From a virus, in the IMG/VR virus record IMGVR_UViG_3300032223_001001, positions 17,778 through 81,777 of that record: a stretch of DNA of 64,000 nucleotides, one strand, 5' to 3'. Under the pieces are notes generated by a model, which was not told the DNA's origin, did no database searches, and saw only the letters and a list, made by a program, of their open reading frames with translations. Below are positions 10,417-19,690 of this stretch, one piece after another. Each line of letters begins with the position of its first letter. The stretch's first letter is position 1. Both the position numbers and the translations under genes were made by a program.

Positions 10417-11694
10417 ACATAAGTTAGATTGTTTAATAACTCCGATATTCTGGTGATTCGTTTTTCTATTTGCGTTATCTTTAGCCGCCAAATAAGGAAC
10501 CCCCGTTTCAATTTGTGATTCAACGATACGATTCCACACATCCAACGCTTTTACTTTTTTACCAAGACCAAGATTTACCGCTTTAGTATAATTTTGTTCA
10601 TACTCGTCCCCATAACATTCTTGTAGAGGTTTAATACCCGCTTTAATAACATCATTTGGACAAAATAAATACCAATCATGATTTTCTTTTACAGCGTTCA
10701 TGAAGTTATCCGGAATCCATAGTGCCGTAAATAAATCCCTAGCTCGCAATTCATCTTTACCGGTATTCTTTTTAATATCCAATAAGTCAAAAATATCTTT
10801 ATGCCAAGGTTCAATATAAATCGCCGCACTACCTGGTCGTCTACCTTGTTGGTTAAAGAATCTTAATGATTCGTTTACAATTTTAAGATATTTTAATAAT
10901 CCCCCAGCGTAACCACCAGATGTTGTGATTCGACTTTCTTTAGATCGAATGTTTGACATACACAATCCGATTCCTGCTGCGTCAGATGAAAATGTTGATA
11001 TATCATTCAAGGTAGCCAATAAACCTTCTCTAGAATCCCCATCGTTATAATGTAACACACATGATGCAAGTTGTGGAACCAATGTTCCAGAGTTGATCAT
11101 AATTGGTGTTGCTTTAGATACCAGTTGTTTAGTTAAGGAGTGATAATAATCAATTGCTTCTTCATATGTATTCGTCACCCATAAGGCAATACGCATATAC
11201 ATATGTTGAGGCCGTTCGATTGGTGTACCTTTAGAGTTTTTCAACAAATACATTTCTTGTAGGGCAACCCATCCAAAATAATCAAAATTATAATCATTAT
11301 CATGAAGGATTTCATTATCCAATTTTTCTGGACCATAGTTATCAATTGACGTGATAAGACGTTCATTGATGATACCTTCCTTGAATAACACCTTCATTGT
11401 TTGACTAAAACTTGGATTTGTCTCCTTATGGTATGAAGATATCGCAACGTTTGCAGCCAATTTGGAATAATCATGATGACTACCCGTATATGACGCAGCT
11501 ATTTCATATACCAACCTATCCAATTCTTTTGTTGTTATAACCCCCTCGGTTGGTACGGAAGTGATCACCTTAATGAAAATTTCATCCGAGTTTACGTTCA
11601 ACCCTTTAGCTGAACGTTTAACTCGTTGATAAATTTTTTGTGGGTTGAATGACACTTCTTCACCCCCCCTTTTTCTAATTCTTAATGACATCAT
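10090..11694 (-). CDS. nrdA: Class I ribonucleotide reductase alpha, N-terminal fragment with split-intein IntN
   Basis: ATP cone, ERPQH, ATP..NSGT..PQLASC, QGRRPGS, SNLC, then intein block A. Confidence 0.95.
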   Translation of the reverse strand: MMSLRIRKRGGEEVSFNPQKIYQRVKRSAKGLNVNSDEIFIKVITSVPTEGVITTKELDRLVYEIAASYTGSHHDYSKLAANVAISSYHKETNPSFSQTMKVLFKEGIINERLITSIDNYGPEKLDNEILHDNDYNFDYFGWVALQEMYLLKNSKGTPIERPQHMYMRIALWVTNTYEEAIDYYHSLTKQLVSKATPIMINSGTLVPQLASCVLHYNDGDSREGLLATLNDISTFSSDAAGIGLCMSNIRSKESRITTSGGYAGGLLKYLKIVNESLRFFNQQGRRPGSAAIYIEPWHKDIFDLLDIKKNTGKDELRARDLFTALWIPDNFMNAVKENHDWYLFCPNDVIKAGIKPLQECYGDEYEQNYTKAVNLGLGKKVKALDVWNRIVESQIETGVPYLAAKDNANRKTNHQNIGVIKQSNLCCLTGDVELIVQRENGNVETLTMIEVIDLINCSERLKVKSEGGKFVDILTGKMTRENSELMEVEDVDSGYKIKCTPDHLIFTKNRGFVRADELVEDDVLDINYEMVIID

Positions 11695-11719
11695 TTTTTT
11701 CTTAATTTTTATGTAAATC

Positions 11720-12667
11720 CTAAAAATCGTCCGTGAATGTTATTGACTCGTTCATTTTTGCCTTTTGATATTCAATGGTTCTTGACTCAAAAAAGTTCCC
11801 TTTTGTTTCAACGGCAATTTGTTCCATGAACTTAAACGGTTGTTCCACGTTAAATTCTTTTGAACACCCAAGTTTAACCAATAAACCATCAACAACGAAC
11901 TCCAAATATTGTTTCATTAAATTCTGGTTCATACCGATCATTGACACTGGTAATGACTCGGTGATAAACTCTTTTTCAATTTCCAATGCGGACAACAATA
12001 TTTCTTTAATTCGTTTTTCACTCGGTTTATTCACAATATGGTTATTCAATAAATGAATCGCAAAATCACAGTGAAGATTCTCGTCCTTAAATATTAAGGC
12101 ATTTGCATCACAAAGTCCACGCATTACACCTCTTGATTTTAACCAAAATATCGAACAAAACGACCCGGAGAAAAATATCCCCTCCACAGCCGCGAACGCA
12201 ACAAGACGTTCCTGGAATGTTGAATCATTAATCCAATTCAACGCCCAATTAGCCTTCTTCTGTACCGCTGGTAGTCGTTCAATCGCGTTAAAACATTCGT
12301 CCTTCTCGTTCGGATTACTTATATAAGTATCAATCAATAGAGAATACATCAACGAGTGGATATTTTCCATTGCTAACTGAAAACCATAGAAAAACTTCGC
12401 CTCAGGGTATTGTACCTCCTTTAAGAAATTTTCAGCTAAGTTTTCATTAACAATACCATCCGATGCCGCGAAAAATGATAATATATTCTTAATGAAATAT
12501 TGTTCATTCTCCGACAAATTTGGCCAATCACGAATATCATCCGTTAAATCAATTTCTTCTGCCGTCCAGAATGCCGCCTGGTGTTGTTGGTAATACTCCC
12601 AAATATCATTATATTGAATTGGAAATATTACAAAACGATTTGGATTTTCTGTTAAAATTTTTTCCAT
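11720..12667 (-). CDS. nrdB: Ribonucleotide reductase beta subunit
   Basis: [43 protein letters not shown]. Confidence 0.97.
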   Translation of the reverse strand: MEKILTENPNRFVIFPIQYNDIWEYYQQHQAAFWTAEEIDLTDDIRDWPNLSENEQYFIKNILSFFAASDGIVNENLAENFLKEVQYPEAKFFYGFQLAMENIHSLMYSLLIDTYISNPNEKDECFNAIERLPAVQKKANWALNWINDSTFQERLVAFAAVEGIFFSGSFCSIFWLKSRGVMRGLCDANALIFKDENLHCDFAIHLLNNHIVNKPSEKRIKEILLSALEIEKEFITESLPVSMIGMNQNLMKQYLEFVVDGLLVKLGCSKEFNVEQPFKFMEQIAVETKGNFFESRTIEYQKAKMNESITFTDDF

Positions 12668-12670
12668 AAT

Positions 12671-13141
12671 TTATTCTGTTTTTTGTTTTTCTTTTCGTTT
12701 ATCCATTAATTCTCTAATGCGATCCTTATTTCGTTGTTCCTGTTTTTCTTCATGGCCCAAAAACGTCGTTGAGGTATCTGTATCAATGTCCAGCATTCCG
12801 TTGTCAAATTTACAATTTTCAAACACAATACCATCATCACCAATCCTGGATTTTGTTATTGCCATTGTCGCCAACTTCATTTCCTTTTGGGGTAAAGTCC
12901 TTGCGATTGTTAAGATAACGTGTCCAACTTGTGCCTTCTTAATCGATCCCCCCATTTGGTCGGTAGTTACCACTTCAGCGGAAATTGAAGAATTGTGTGT
13001 ATATACCCCATTCGCATAAAACATATGGGTACCTTCCACCGAAATATCTATAGTATCTTCCTCACCTACTAACTCAATTGATTCTATTTCATCTAAAATA
13101 AAATCGTCATCTGTTAAAATATGAAATTCATTTTCCATCAT
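12671..13141 (-). CDS. dnaB: Replicative helicase C-terminal fragment with split-intein IntC (12992-13141)
   Basis: MMENEF...TIDISVEGTHMFYANGVYTHN|SSIS...GGSIKKAQ...ITKSRIG. Confidence 0.9.
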   Translation of the reverse strand: MMENEFHILTDDDFILDEIESIELVGEEDTIDISVEGTHMFYANGVYTHNSSISAEVVTTDQMGGSIKKAQVGHVILTIARTLPQKEMKLATMAITKSRIGDDGIVFENCKFDNGMLDIDTDTSTTFLGHEEKQEQRNKDRIRELMDKRKEKQKTE

Positions 13142-13388
13142 TCAAAAATTTAATACATTGTTCAACTACTTTTTCTTTATCATTGTAATAATCACGTTCC
13201 TTAACCCTTAATAAATTATAACCTTTTTTTATTAAATATTCATCACGTTTCTTATCTTTTTTTATTTGTTCCGGTCTGGAATGCCAATATTCCCCATCGA
13301 ACTCAATTATATTATTACCAAGTTTGAAGTCAACCTTGATAATTGTCATATTGTTTTCCCAAATATAAAAAGTTGGACTACAAGACAA
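13128..13388 (-). CDS. Vsr/DUF559-like endonuclease, short (probably truncated), between the dnaB halves
   Basis: VDF...IIEFDGEYWH...DKKRDEYL..KGYNLLRV motif. Confidence 0.8.
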   Translation of the reverse strand: MSCSPTFYIWENNMTIIKVDFKLGNNIIEFDGEYWHSRPEQIKKDKKRDEYLIKKGYNLLRVKERDYYNDKEKVVEQCIKFLNDGK

Positions 13389-13394
13389 AAATAT

Positions 13395-13670
13395 TTAATC
13401 TTTTTTCAAAAATAATTTACTCCCAACAGTTAAACCACTTTGAATCGATAAAAACTCGTTATTATCCGTTGGAAATCTATGTTTTGCAGAAACTTTAATT
13501 TCTTTACCAGATTTTGTTTTTATCTTATAAACTGGTTGTTTTTCAATTGGAAATACATAATTAACTTCTTTATATCCTTCGTGGGTCATAATTTTATCCC
13601 CCAGAATAACATCCTTAATCATAATATCCCCTTTATTTTGAATATTAACAATAGTGTCAAGACTAACACA
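13395..13670 (-). mobile_element. Split intein N-fragment (91 aa, gp41-type) of DnaB
   Basis: CVSLDT...YKIKTKSGKEIKVSAKHRFPT...GLTVGSKLFLKKD*, closely resembling gp41-1 IntN architecture. Confidence 0.9.
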
Positions 13671-15509
13671 ACGACCACCTTGAGTTCCACACCACCCAAC
13701 TAAATCTAATTCATGGCACATTGATTCAAACCCACGCATTACAGCACCTTCAGCCTTCCATTCGTTTTCAATTTGACGATCCGATATAACACAATCAATA
13801 TAATCCAAAACAACCATATCAATCTTGACACCGTCCGCGATCATTTTACGAATCTTATTCTTAATTTGTGAAACTGTCACGTTGTCCGATGGCATCTTAC
13901 ACAAGATCAACTTATTGTCCATGGTTGATTCAATTTCTCTAACACGTGCTAGAACTTCTTCCTTCCTACTCGTTAATTCGTCCGGATGAATTTTTGTCCA
14001 TAACGTATAATGTTTACGTTGAATAATCTTTTTGTTGTCCTCAAAAAAGATTTGTAGTACATTATACCCATGATTAAACGCACTATTAGCGATTTTGGTT
14101 AACATTGTGGTGTTGTGTGTTAAAACGTAGTCCCTGGATACATATAATTCATCCGGATTGGACACCTTAATACATACAGCTTCTTCATCGTGGGAATAAG
14201 TGATTGACTTAACATATTTTTGTTGTACTGGTTTATTAGCCTCAAGATATTTGTTAACCTTATTTAACACACCAAATGGAATTAAACCAGTTGTAAATGT
14301 TATTCTAAAAGTACCCCCCATATCTTCAATTATACCCCCTAAAGATAACACTAATTCTCTAATAACTGTTTTATTACCATCATTTTTTTTACAAATAATA
14401 TATCCCTCACCATCCATGGTTGCTAATGAATCAAACAAACCCCTTAAGAAGTTCAAACGAACATTAACCGTGTTATAGATATATTTTGAACATTGTGTTA
14501 TTGTTATTTCTTCAGTGATCACCTCCCCATCATATAAGGACAATCCAAATTCATATGAATCATCAACATCTTGGGATTGAAATTCAACTGGTTTAACCAT
14601 TGGTAGTTGATATACATTTCCCTGGTTTAAACCATCCATGATATTGTTTGCAGTTAATACAACAAATTCTTTTGAATTATTTTCCTTCACCGTCCATAAA
14701 TGTTCAAGTCCACAATTCACAAACGTATTATCCATAAATTCAACCTTATAAATCGGTTTTACTCCTTGTGGATATTTTCCCAATACATACTGTTCCTTAC
14801 CGTCACTACCGATAACCTTTTCACCAATATTGATTTCCCCCATTGTTGTCCAACCAGATGGTGTTAATAATGGTTCAGACACACCATGTTCCTTCCCAAC
14901 ACCGGTCGGCGCAAGGACAACCCCAATTTCACCCTTGGCCAAACCCCCCTTTAATAAACGATCAATACCAGGTATCCCCATCGGGATTGGGTGACGATAA
15001 TCTTCCTCCAATACATCATCAAGATTGGAGAAAACATCCATCATATCGTTATCATGTTGTCCCACCTGGAGGGCGTCACGAACCAGTTGTTCCACCTTAT
15101 CATAATTCTCGAATTCACCCCCATCGATAATCTTTTGGGCTTTAACCATCACCTTTTGCAATTCTTGTTGTTTACAGAATTTCAAGGCTTTTTCTTGAAC
15201 AAATTCTTGTCCATCGACTGGTGATTCTTGAATTTTCTTGATGGTATCAATAATCAACTTGGAAGCACTTTCTTGCGTGATTTCCGATAACGTGATTTGT
15301 TTTAATGTATCATAATTCGGTACATTTTCGTATTTGGAATGATATTCCTTGATCATCTGAAGAATCAACTTGAAATACTTGTTTTCAAAATAATTCACGT
15401 CAATAACATCAATTATCGTTCTAGCGAAATCCTTATCAACTACCAATTGATTCAATAGTTGTAGCTGAAATCCACTACCCAAATATTCAAAATTTTTATT
15501 CTTACTCAT
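13395..15509 (-). CDS. dnaB: Replicative helicase (DnaB/gp41-like) N-terminal fragment with a class-3 intein and a split IntN
   Basis: GLAKGE..LAPTGVGK|intein|T, LDYID, GTQGGR|CVSLDT. Confidence 0.93.
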   Translation of the reverse strand: MSKNKNFEYLGSGFQLQLLNQLVVDKDFARTIIDVIDVNYFENKYFKLILQMIKEYHSKYENVPNYDTLKQITLSEITQESASKLIIDTIKKIQESPVDGQEFVQEKALKFCKQQELQKVMVKAQKIIDGGEFENYDKVEQLVRDALQVGQHDNDMMDVFSNLDDVLEEDYRHPIPMGIPGIDRLLKGGLAKGEIGVVLAPTGVGKEHGVSEPLLTPSGWTTMGEINIGEKVIGSDGKEQYVLGKYPQGVKPIYKVEFMDNTFVNCGLEHLWTVKENNSKEFVVLTANNIMDGLNQGNVYQLPMVKPVEFQSQDVDDSYEFGLSLYDGEVITEEITITQCSKYIYNTVNVRLNFLRGLFDSLATMDGEGYIICKKNDGNKTVIRELVLSLGGIIEDMGGTFRITFTTGLIPFGVLNKVNKYLEANKPVQQKYVKSITYSHDEEAVCIKVSNPDELYVSRDYVLTHNTTMLTKIANSAFNHGYNVLQIFFEDNKKIIQRKHYTLWTKIHPDELTSRKEEVLARVREIESTMDNKLILCKMPSDNVTVSQIKNKIRKMIADGVKIDMVVLDYIDCVISDRQIENEWKAEGAVMRGFESMCHELDLVGWCGTQGGRCVSLDTIVNIQNKGDIMIKDVILGDKIMTHEGYKEVNYVFPIEKQPVYKIKTKSGKEIKVSAKHRFPTDNNEFLSIQSGLTVGSKLFLKKD
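14112..14891 (-). mobile_element. Class-3 (WCT) intein with degenerate LAGLIDADG in the DnaB P-loop, Glu at position 1
   Basis: GVGK|EHGVSEP...LEHLW...AVCIKV...VLTHN|TT; remnants FGLSLYDG and FLRGLFDS. Confidence 0.88.
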
Positions 15510-15540
15510 CGTTCAATCTACTCCTTTATTTTAATAAATA

Positions 15541-15993
15541 TTACTTAACCAATACTTTATCCAGGTAATCCACAGTTAATTCTTCGGAAGAAAAAACATC
15601 CGTTAAATTTAACAATAAATCCTTTAAGTGTGGTCTAACATCAACTGTATATCTAACCTTCGGAGGATATACTTTTGCATCAATTTCTCTAACAAATAAA
15701 ACGTTTTCATTCATTTTAATTGTGATTCTAATATGTTCCGGACCATCGGTCTTTGATGTATCCATAATCGTTGGGTCATTGTTAATTTCATATTGGTGAT
15801 CCAACATATATGTTACTGTCTTAATTCTCAATTGACGTTCCAAATCACTTTTGAAGTAACTAATCAATTCATATAAGTCCATTGAATTTTTTGCTTTAGG
15901 ATTATAATCCCTAACATTAAAAAAACGTTGTACGATAATGTTTTCGTTGATGTTCATCAAAAACTCCAATTTTGTTATTTCTTGCTCTTTCAT
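15541..15993 (-). CDS. Hypothetical phage protein
   Basis: 150-aa ORF tightly packed in the replication cluster. Confidence 0.75.
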   Translation of the reverse strand: MKEQEITKLEFLMNINENIIVQRFFNVRDYNPKAKNSMDLYELISYFKSDLERQLRIKTVTYMLDHQYEINNDPTIMDTSKTDGPEHIRITIKMNENVLFVREIDAKVYPPKVRYTVDVRPHLKDLLLNLTDVFSSEELTVDYLDKVLVK

Positions 15994-15999
15994 AAATTT

Positions 16000-17016
16000 T
16001 TAATTATTAAATTTTCTTTTTTCTTTACGGGTTAACTTTAAGAATGGTTTTAGAAATTCAACCCACGCGTTATCTCTTTTGGGTAGGTACTTAAATAATC
16101 CATCTTCCATCATCATTTTCATGGCGTTCTTGTATCCCCTACCATCTGGATCCAAGAACTCTTTATAATACATTTCTACAACATTTTTTCCATCTTCTGA
16201 AATTAAAGGGTTAAACAAATCAATTATCTTATTACTCGTCTTAAAGAATTCTTCACCAAATATACCACTTTTTGTTTTACCTGACAACAAATTCTTCAAT
16301 GAATTATTTTTTTCATCTTCCAATATTAACTTATTGGCCTTATCCAAAATATCGTTAATTGTTATTCTTGTATCAAGTATTTCGGGAAATAACTTAAGAA
16401 TATTCTTTTCCCCCAAATAATAGATACCATCAATGTTATCCGACTTATCACCAGACAATATCTTATAGGTTAATATGTTATAGTGGGGAATATATATCTT
16501 ATCAATCTTTACCTTATCACCAACCTTATACATCGTCTTTAAGATCGGACTATATAACGACACATCTTCCGAAATAAGTTGGGTTAAATCAACATCACCA
16601 GAATAAATAATCTTTTCTTCATTCGTTGAAATTTTACAATAATAAGCAACCAAATCATCCGCTTCATTACCATCAATTTCCACCTGACGGACAAACAACT
16701 CCTCCATATACTGTTTAATACGTTGACGTTGATAATCATACGACTCCTGGTCATATGTTCGAACACGTTCACGACGATTTAACTTATATTGGGGGTATAT
16801 TAGTCTTCTGGATGATCGATTCTCGTCACCATCCCAAAATACCATAACCTTATCCAAATTATGTTCTTCAATAAATTTTTGTATTGTATTTAAGAAATGC
16901 CATATGGCACCAACATGTTTTTCATTGTGATAATAATCCTTAACACCAAATAATCCGATCTTAAATAGATTTTCACCATCAATCAATAAAGTTTTTACTT
17001 TTGAGTTTCTACCCAT
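16000..17016 (-). CDS. 5'-3' exonuclease / flap endonuclease (T4 RNase H-like)
   Basis: LLIDG, VFWDG, YKLNR, EADD, SGDVDLTQL, GDKSDNIDG. Confidence 0.93.
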   Translation of the reverse strand: MGRNSKVKTLLIDGENLFKIGLFGVKDYYHNEKHVGAIWHFLNTIQKFIEEHNLDKVMVFWDGDENRSSRRLIYPQYKLNRRERVRTYDQESYDYQRQRIKQYMEELFVRQVEIDGNEADDLVAYYCKISTNEEKIIYSGDVDLTQLISEDVSLYSPILKTMYKVGDKVKIDKIYIPHYNILTYKILSGDKSDNIDGIYYLGEKNILKLFPEILDTRITINDILDKANKLILEDEKNNSLKNLLSGKTKSGIFGEEFFKTSNKIIDLFNPLISEDGKNVVEMYYKEFLDPDGRGYKNAMKMMMEDGLFKYLPKRDNAWVEFLKPFLKLTRKEKRKFNN

Positions 17017-17047
17017 TTAATTTTTATTACTTGGTCCAACAATAGTA

Positions 17048-17079
17048 CAAATATAAGAATATCCCCTTAAAAAATCAAA
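17048..17079 (-). promoter_or_regulatory. Host-RNAP (Bacteroidota-type) promoter overlapped by an inverted repeat
   Basis: minus strand TTTGATT-N17-TATATTTG (fits TAnnTTTG); tatccccttaaaaa..tttttaaggggata hairpin 17060-17094. Confidence 0.6.
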
Positions 17080-17098
17080 CGTTTTTAAGGGGATAGTG

Positions 17099-17299
17099 TT
17101 AATTATTTTTATTGAGTCGGATTGTTATCGGATGGATTGTTAGGGGTGGGGTTGATTTTATTACTTTTAAGTAAATTTTCTTCCGCCCATAATGGTTGAA
17201 GATTAGTATAATGAAATAACTTAAGTAGTTCTTCCTCGGTTTCAGCCGAAGCTAATGGAATTATATGATCAATATGCCAACCATAAATACCATAATTCT
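17099..17299 (-). pseudogene. C-terminal remnant of an HNH endonuclease disrupted by IS607 #1
   Basis: Translates [47 protein letters not shown], very similar to the C-terminus of 58628-59314; no start codon. Confidence 0.9.
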
Positions 17300-17369
17300 G
17301 CTCTTAAACTAGTACTTAAATGTAAGTATTTCGTAAATATCCGTTATTTAGACGGACAAGTTGTTTGAA

Positions 17370-18533
17370 TTAACAACTGCCTAAGCCAGGCAACTTTTTA
17401 TTTTTTTCGTCTTTTAGTTTAATACCGATCGGTTTGAATGTTCCGTTATAAACACGTTTAATGTTTATTGAACCATTTTCATCTCTAGGTAAACTAACAC
17501 CACACCAAACACAATTAAACACACGATCTTTAACTGTTAGATTGTGTTTAACGTGTTGACAACAACTACATGTTTTACTGGTATAACTTTCATTGACTTT
17601 TTCAAAAATCTTCCCACATTGTTTTGCTTTATATTCTAATAAAAACGTGAAAATACTTATTGCTGCGTTTGAATATGATCTACTAAAGTTTTTTTGTTTT
17701 TTAGTGTTATCACTTTCCATTAATTTCTTAACGTCAAACTTTCCAACAACAATGATATCTTCTTTAACTTGTTTTATATATTTTGTACTTTCTTTTTGCA
17801 CATAATCATACCTAGTATTTTTTAAACGTAAATGGGTTTTATTTAATTGTTTTTTAACTTTTTTACGTCTTTTACTAGTTAACTGTTTACTTGATAATGA
17901 TTTATTTAATTCAGCAATTCTAGCTTCATATTTTTTAATTAATTTGGTTGAAAATCTTTTAACTTCGTATCCATTAGAATCAACCATTAAACTTTTTAAC
18001 CCCAAATCACAACCAACAACATCGTTATTATATCTCACTAATAAATTTGGTATTGCATCACATGTAAATACCAAAAAATAATCGTCATTTTCTTTTTTAA
18101 GTTTTACCCCAGTGAAATCATTTGGGAATGTTTCAACTCCTTTAATACCATTTTTAATTTTCGGTAAATACACTAAACCATTCTTAATTCTAACATCTGT
18201 TTTAGCAAAAAAAATGGAACTAAAGTTATCATTGGTTTTATGTTTTGGAAATCCAGAACCATTAAAGAAATTCTTAAACGAAGCTGCCACTCTAAAAACA
18301 ATTTCTTGTAAAGACTTATTTGGAATGTCATTCCAACTAGTGTCTTCTTTTTTTAATAAAGTTAATTCTTGTTTCTGAACGTATTTATTTAATGTTTTTC
18401 CGGTACCTTGGTAATAATAAATGTATTGGTCAATACAAACATTATACAATGTTTTACATCGTCTTAACCAAAATTCAAACGTATTGAAATTTGTTTTGTT
18501 AATTATTAACTTTATTTTTTTAGCTTTTTTCAT
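17370..18533 (-). CDS. tnpB: TnpB RNA-guided nuclease with rearranged RuvC-II
   Basis: GFPKHK, GCDLG, IVVG, NESYTSKTCSCC, CVWCG..RDENGSINI. Confidence 0.93.
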   Translation of the reverse strand: MKKAKKIKLIINKTNFNTFEFWLRRCKTLYNVCIDQYIYYYQGTGKTLNKYVQKQELTLLKKEDTSWNDIPNKSLQEIVFRVAASFKNFFNGSGFPKHKTNDNFSSIFFAKTDVRIKNGLVYLPKIKNGIKGVETFPNDFTGVKLKKENDDYFLVFTCDAIPNLLVRYNNDVVGCDLGLKSLMVDSNGYEVKRFSTKLIKKYEARIAELNKSLSSKQLTSKRRKKVKKQLNKTHLRLKNTRYDYVQKESTKYIKQVKEDIIVVGKFDVKKLMESDNTKKQKNFSRSYSNAAISIFTFLLEYKAKQCGKIFEKVNESYTSKTCSCCQHVKHNLTVKDRVFNCVWCGVSLPRDENGSINIKRVYNGTFKPIGIKLKDEKNKKLPGLGSC

Positions 18534-19128
18534 CTTTAATAAAGTCTTTAATTTTATTTTTATACGTTCTTAAACCATATAATCTAGATGAAAAAACATG
18601 AATGATACTCATTAAATCATTAACCATTTCTTCTTGCGGTGATACCTTTTCATCATTAATAACAATTAATTCAACATTGTTTTCAATACATAATTCCTCG
18701 ATTAATTCAAAACCAAAACGAACTAATCTATCTTTGTGAGCTATAATTAGTTTTTTAATTTTATTTTTGGTTATTTCATTAACCAATTTAATAAAATTTT
18801 TTCTTTTATAATTTAATCCAGAACCAATATCACTATAAACTTCATCAATATGGATTTGGTTATTCAAACAATATTCTTCAATAAAACTTATTTGTGATTT
18901 AAGATCATCTTTTTGATTAAATGACGATACACGACAATATATAATTGTTTGTTTTTCATCAACAATTGAACTTTGGTTATTGATAAATTCCAAATATTGT
19001 TCGTGTGAATATTGTTTACGACCTTTTGGTGTGTACATGACTGGTTTGTAAATACCTTCGTTATCCCAACGCTGTAGAGTACGAACGTGTTTATTAATTA
19101 ATTTAGCAAATTTACCAATAGAATACAT
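18520..19128 (-). CDS. tnpA: IS607 TnpA serine recombinase
   Basis: MerR-like HTH (TLQRWD), YCRVSS, DIGSGLN, DRLVRFG, FSSRLYG. Confidence 0.95.
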   Translation of the reverse strand: MYSIGKFAKLINKHVRTLQRWDNEGIYKPVMYTPKGRKQYSHEQYLEFINNQSSIVDEKQTIIYCRVSSFNQKDDLKSQISFIEEYCLNNQIHIDEVYSDIGSGLNYKRKNFIKLVNEITKNKIKKLIIAHKDRLVRFGFELIEELCIENNVELIVINDEKVSPQEEMVNDLMSIIHVFSSRLYGLRTYKNKIKDFIKDEKS

Positions 19129-19224
19129 AAATAATAGTTCTTTATATATAAATATACGTTAATTACAAAAAGTCATCAAAAGATTATAAAAAGTTATAAA
19201 AAATTATGTTTTAGTTAACTATTG

Positions 19225-19554
19225 TTAACTCCTTACTAATTGACACCCCTTACATGTAGTATTACCAACGTAAAATGAATCAATGGGTTTTACTACTTCA
19301 CACACCCTACACGTTCTTTCAGTTAACCCTTCCAATGGACTTTTATATTCTCTACCAAATAAGGGGTTTAGTTCACCTTTTCTATTACAAGACGAACATA
19401 ACCCAAACCTTTCACCTCCTTTTTTTTCAGCCCTATCATGCGTTCTTCTTATACCATAAGTGATTACTTTATTACACTCAGTGCAATTAATATAACAAGG
19501 GGTGTCAGATCGTTTAGCTTCTTTACAATGGCATCTGTTTTCCTCCATTTTCAA
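19225..19554 (-). pseudogene. N-terminal Zn-finger part of the disrupted HNH endonuclease
   Basis: Multiple CxxC pairs incl. RTCRVC...F..CKGC like the N-terminus of 58628-59314; stops right inside the IS left end. Confidence 0.75.
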
Positions 19555-19690
19555 TATAATCTTTTAACAGTTTATTAACTAGGGAAGAAATGTTGATTGC
19601 TCTATCCTTAAAATAACCAGGTAGTTCGGGATCAATTGAAATCCCAATTTTAACCTTTTTTTTCTCGTCGTCAATTTTTTTTCTTCCCAT
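19523..19690 (-). CDS. Small ribbon-helix-helix-like DNA-binding protein (55 aa)
   Basis: MGRKKIDDEKKKVKIGISIDPELPGYFKDRAINISSLVNKLLKDYIENGGKQMPL; below ORF cutoff; TATTTAT motif upstream; paralog at 59286-59450. Confidence 0.75.
   Translation of the reverse strand: MGRKKIDDEKKKVKIGISIDPELPGYFKDRAINISSLVNKLLKDYIENGGKQMPL

Larger units (their letters stand above)
17300..19228 (-). mobile_element. IS607-family element #1 (tnpA serine recombinase + tnpB)
   Basis: tnpA-tnpB overlap; AG dinucleotide at both junctions (17298-99, 19229-30); ~10-bp direct repeats at left end 19166-19206; hairpins 17313-17357 in the right end (omegaRNA region). Confidence 0.88.
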
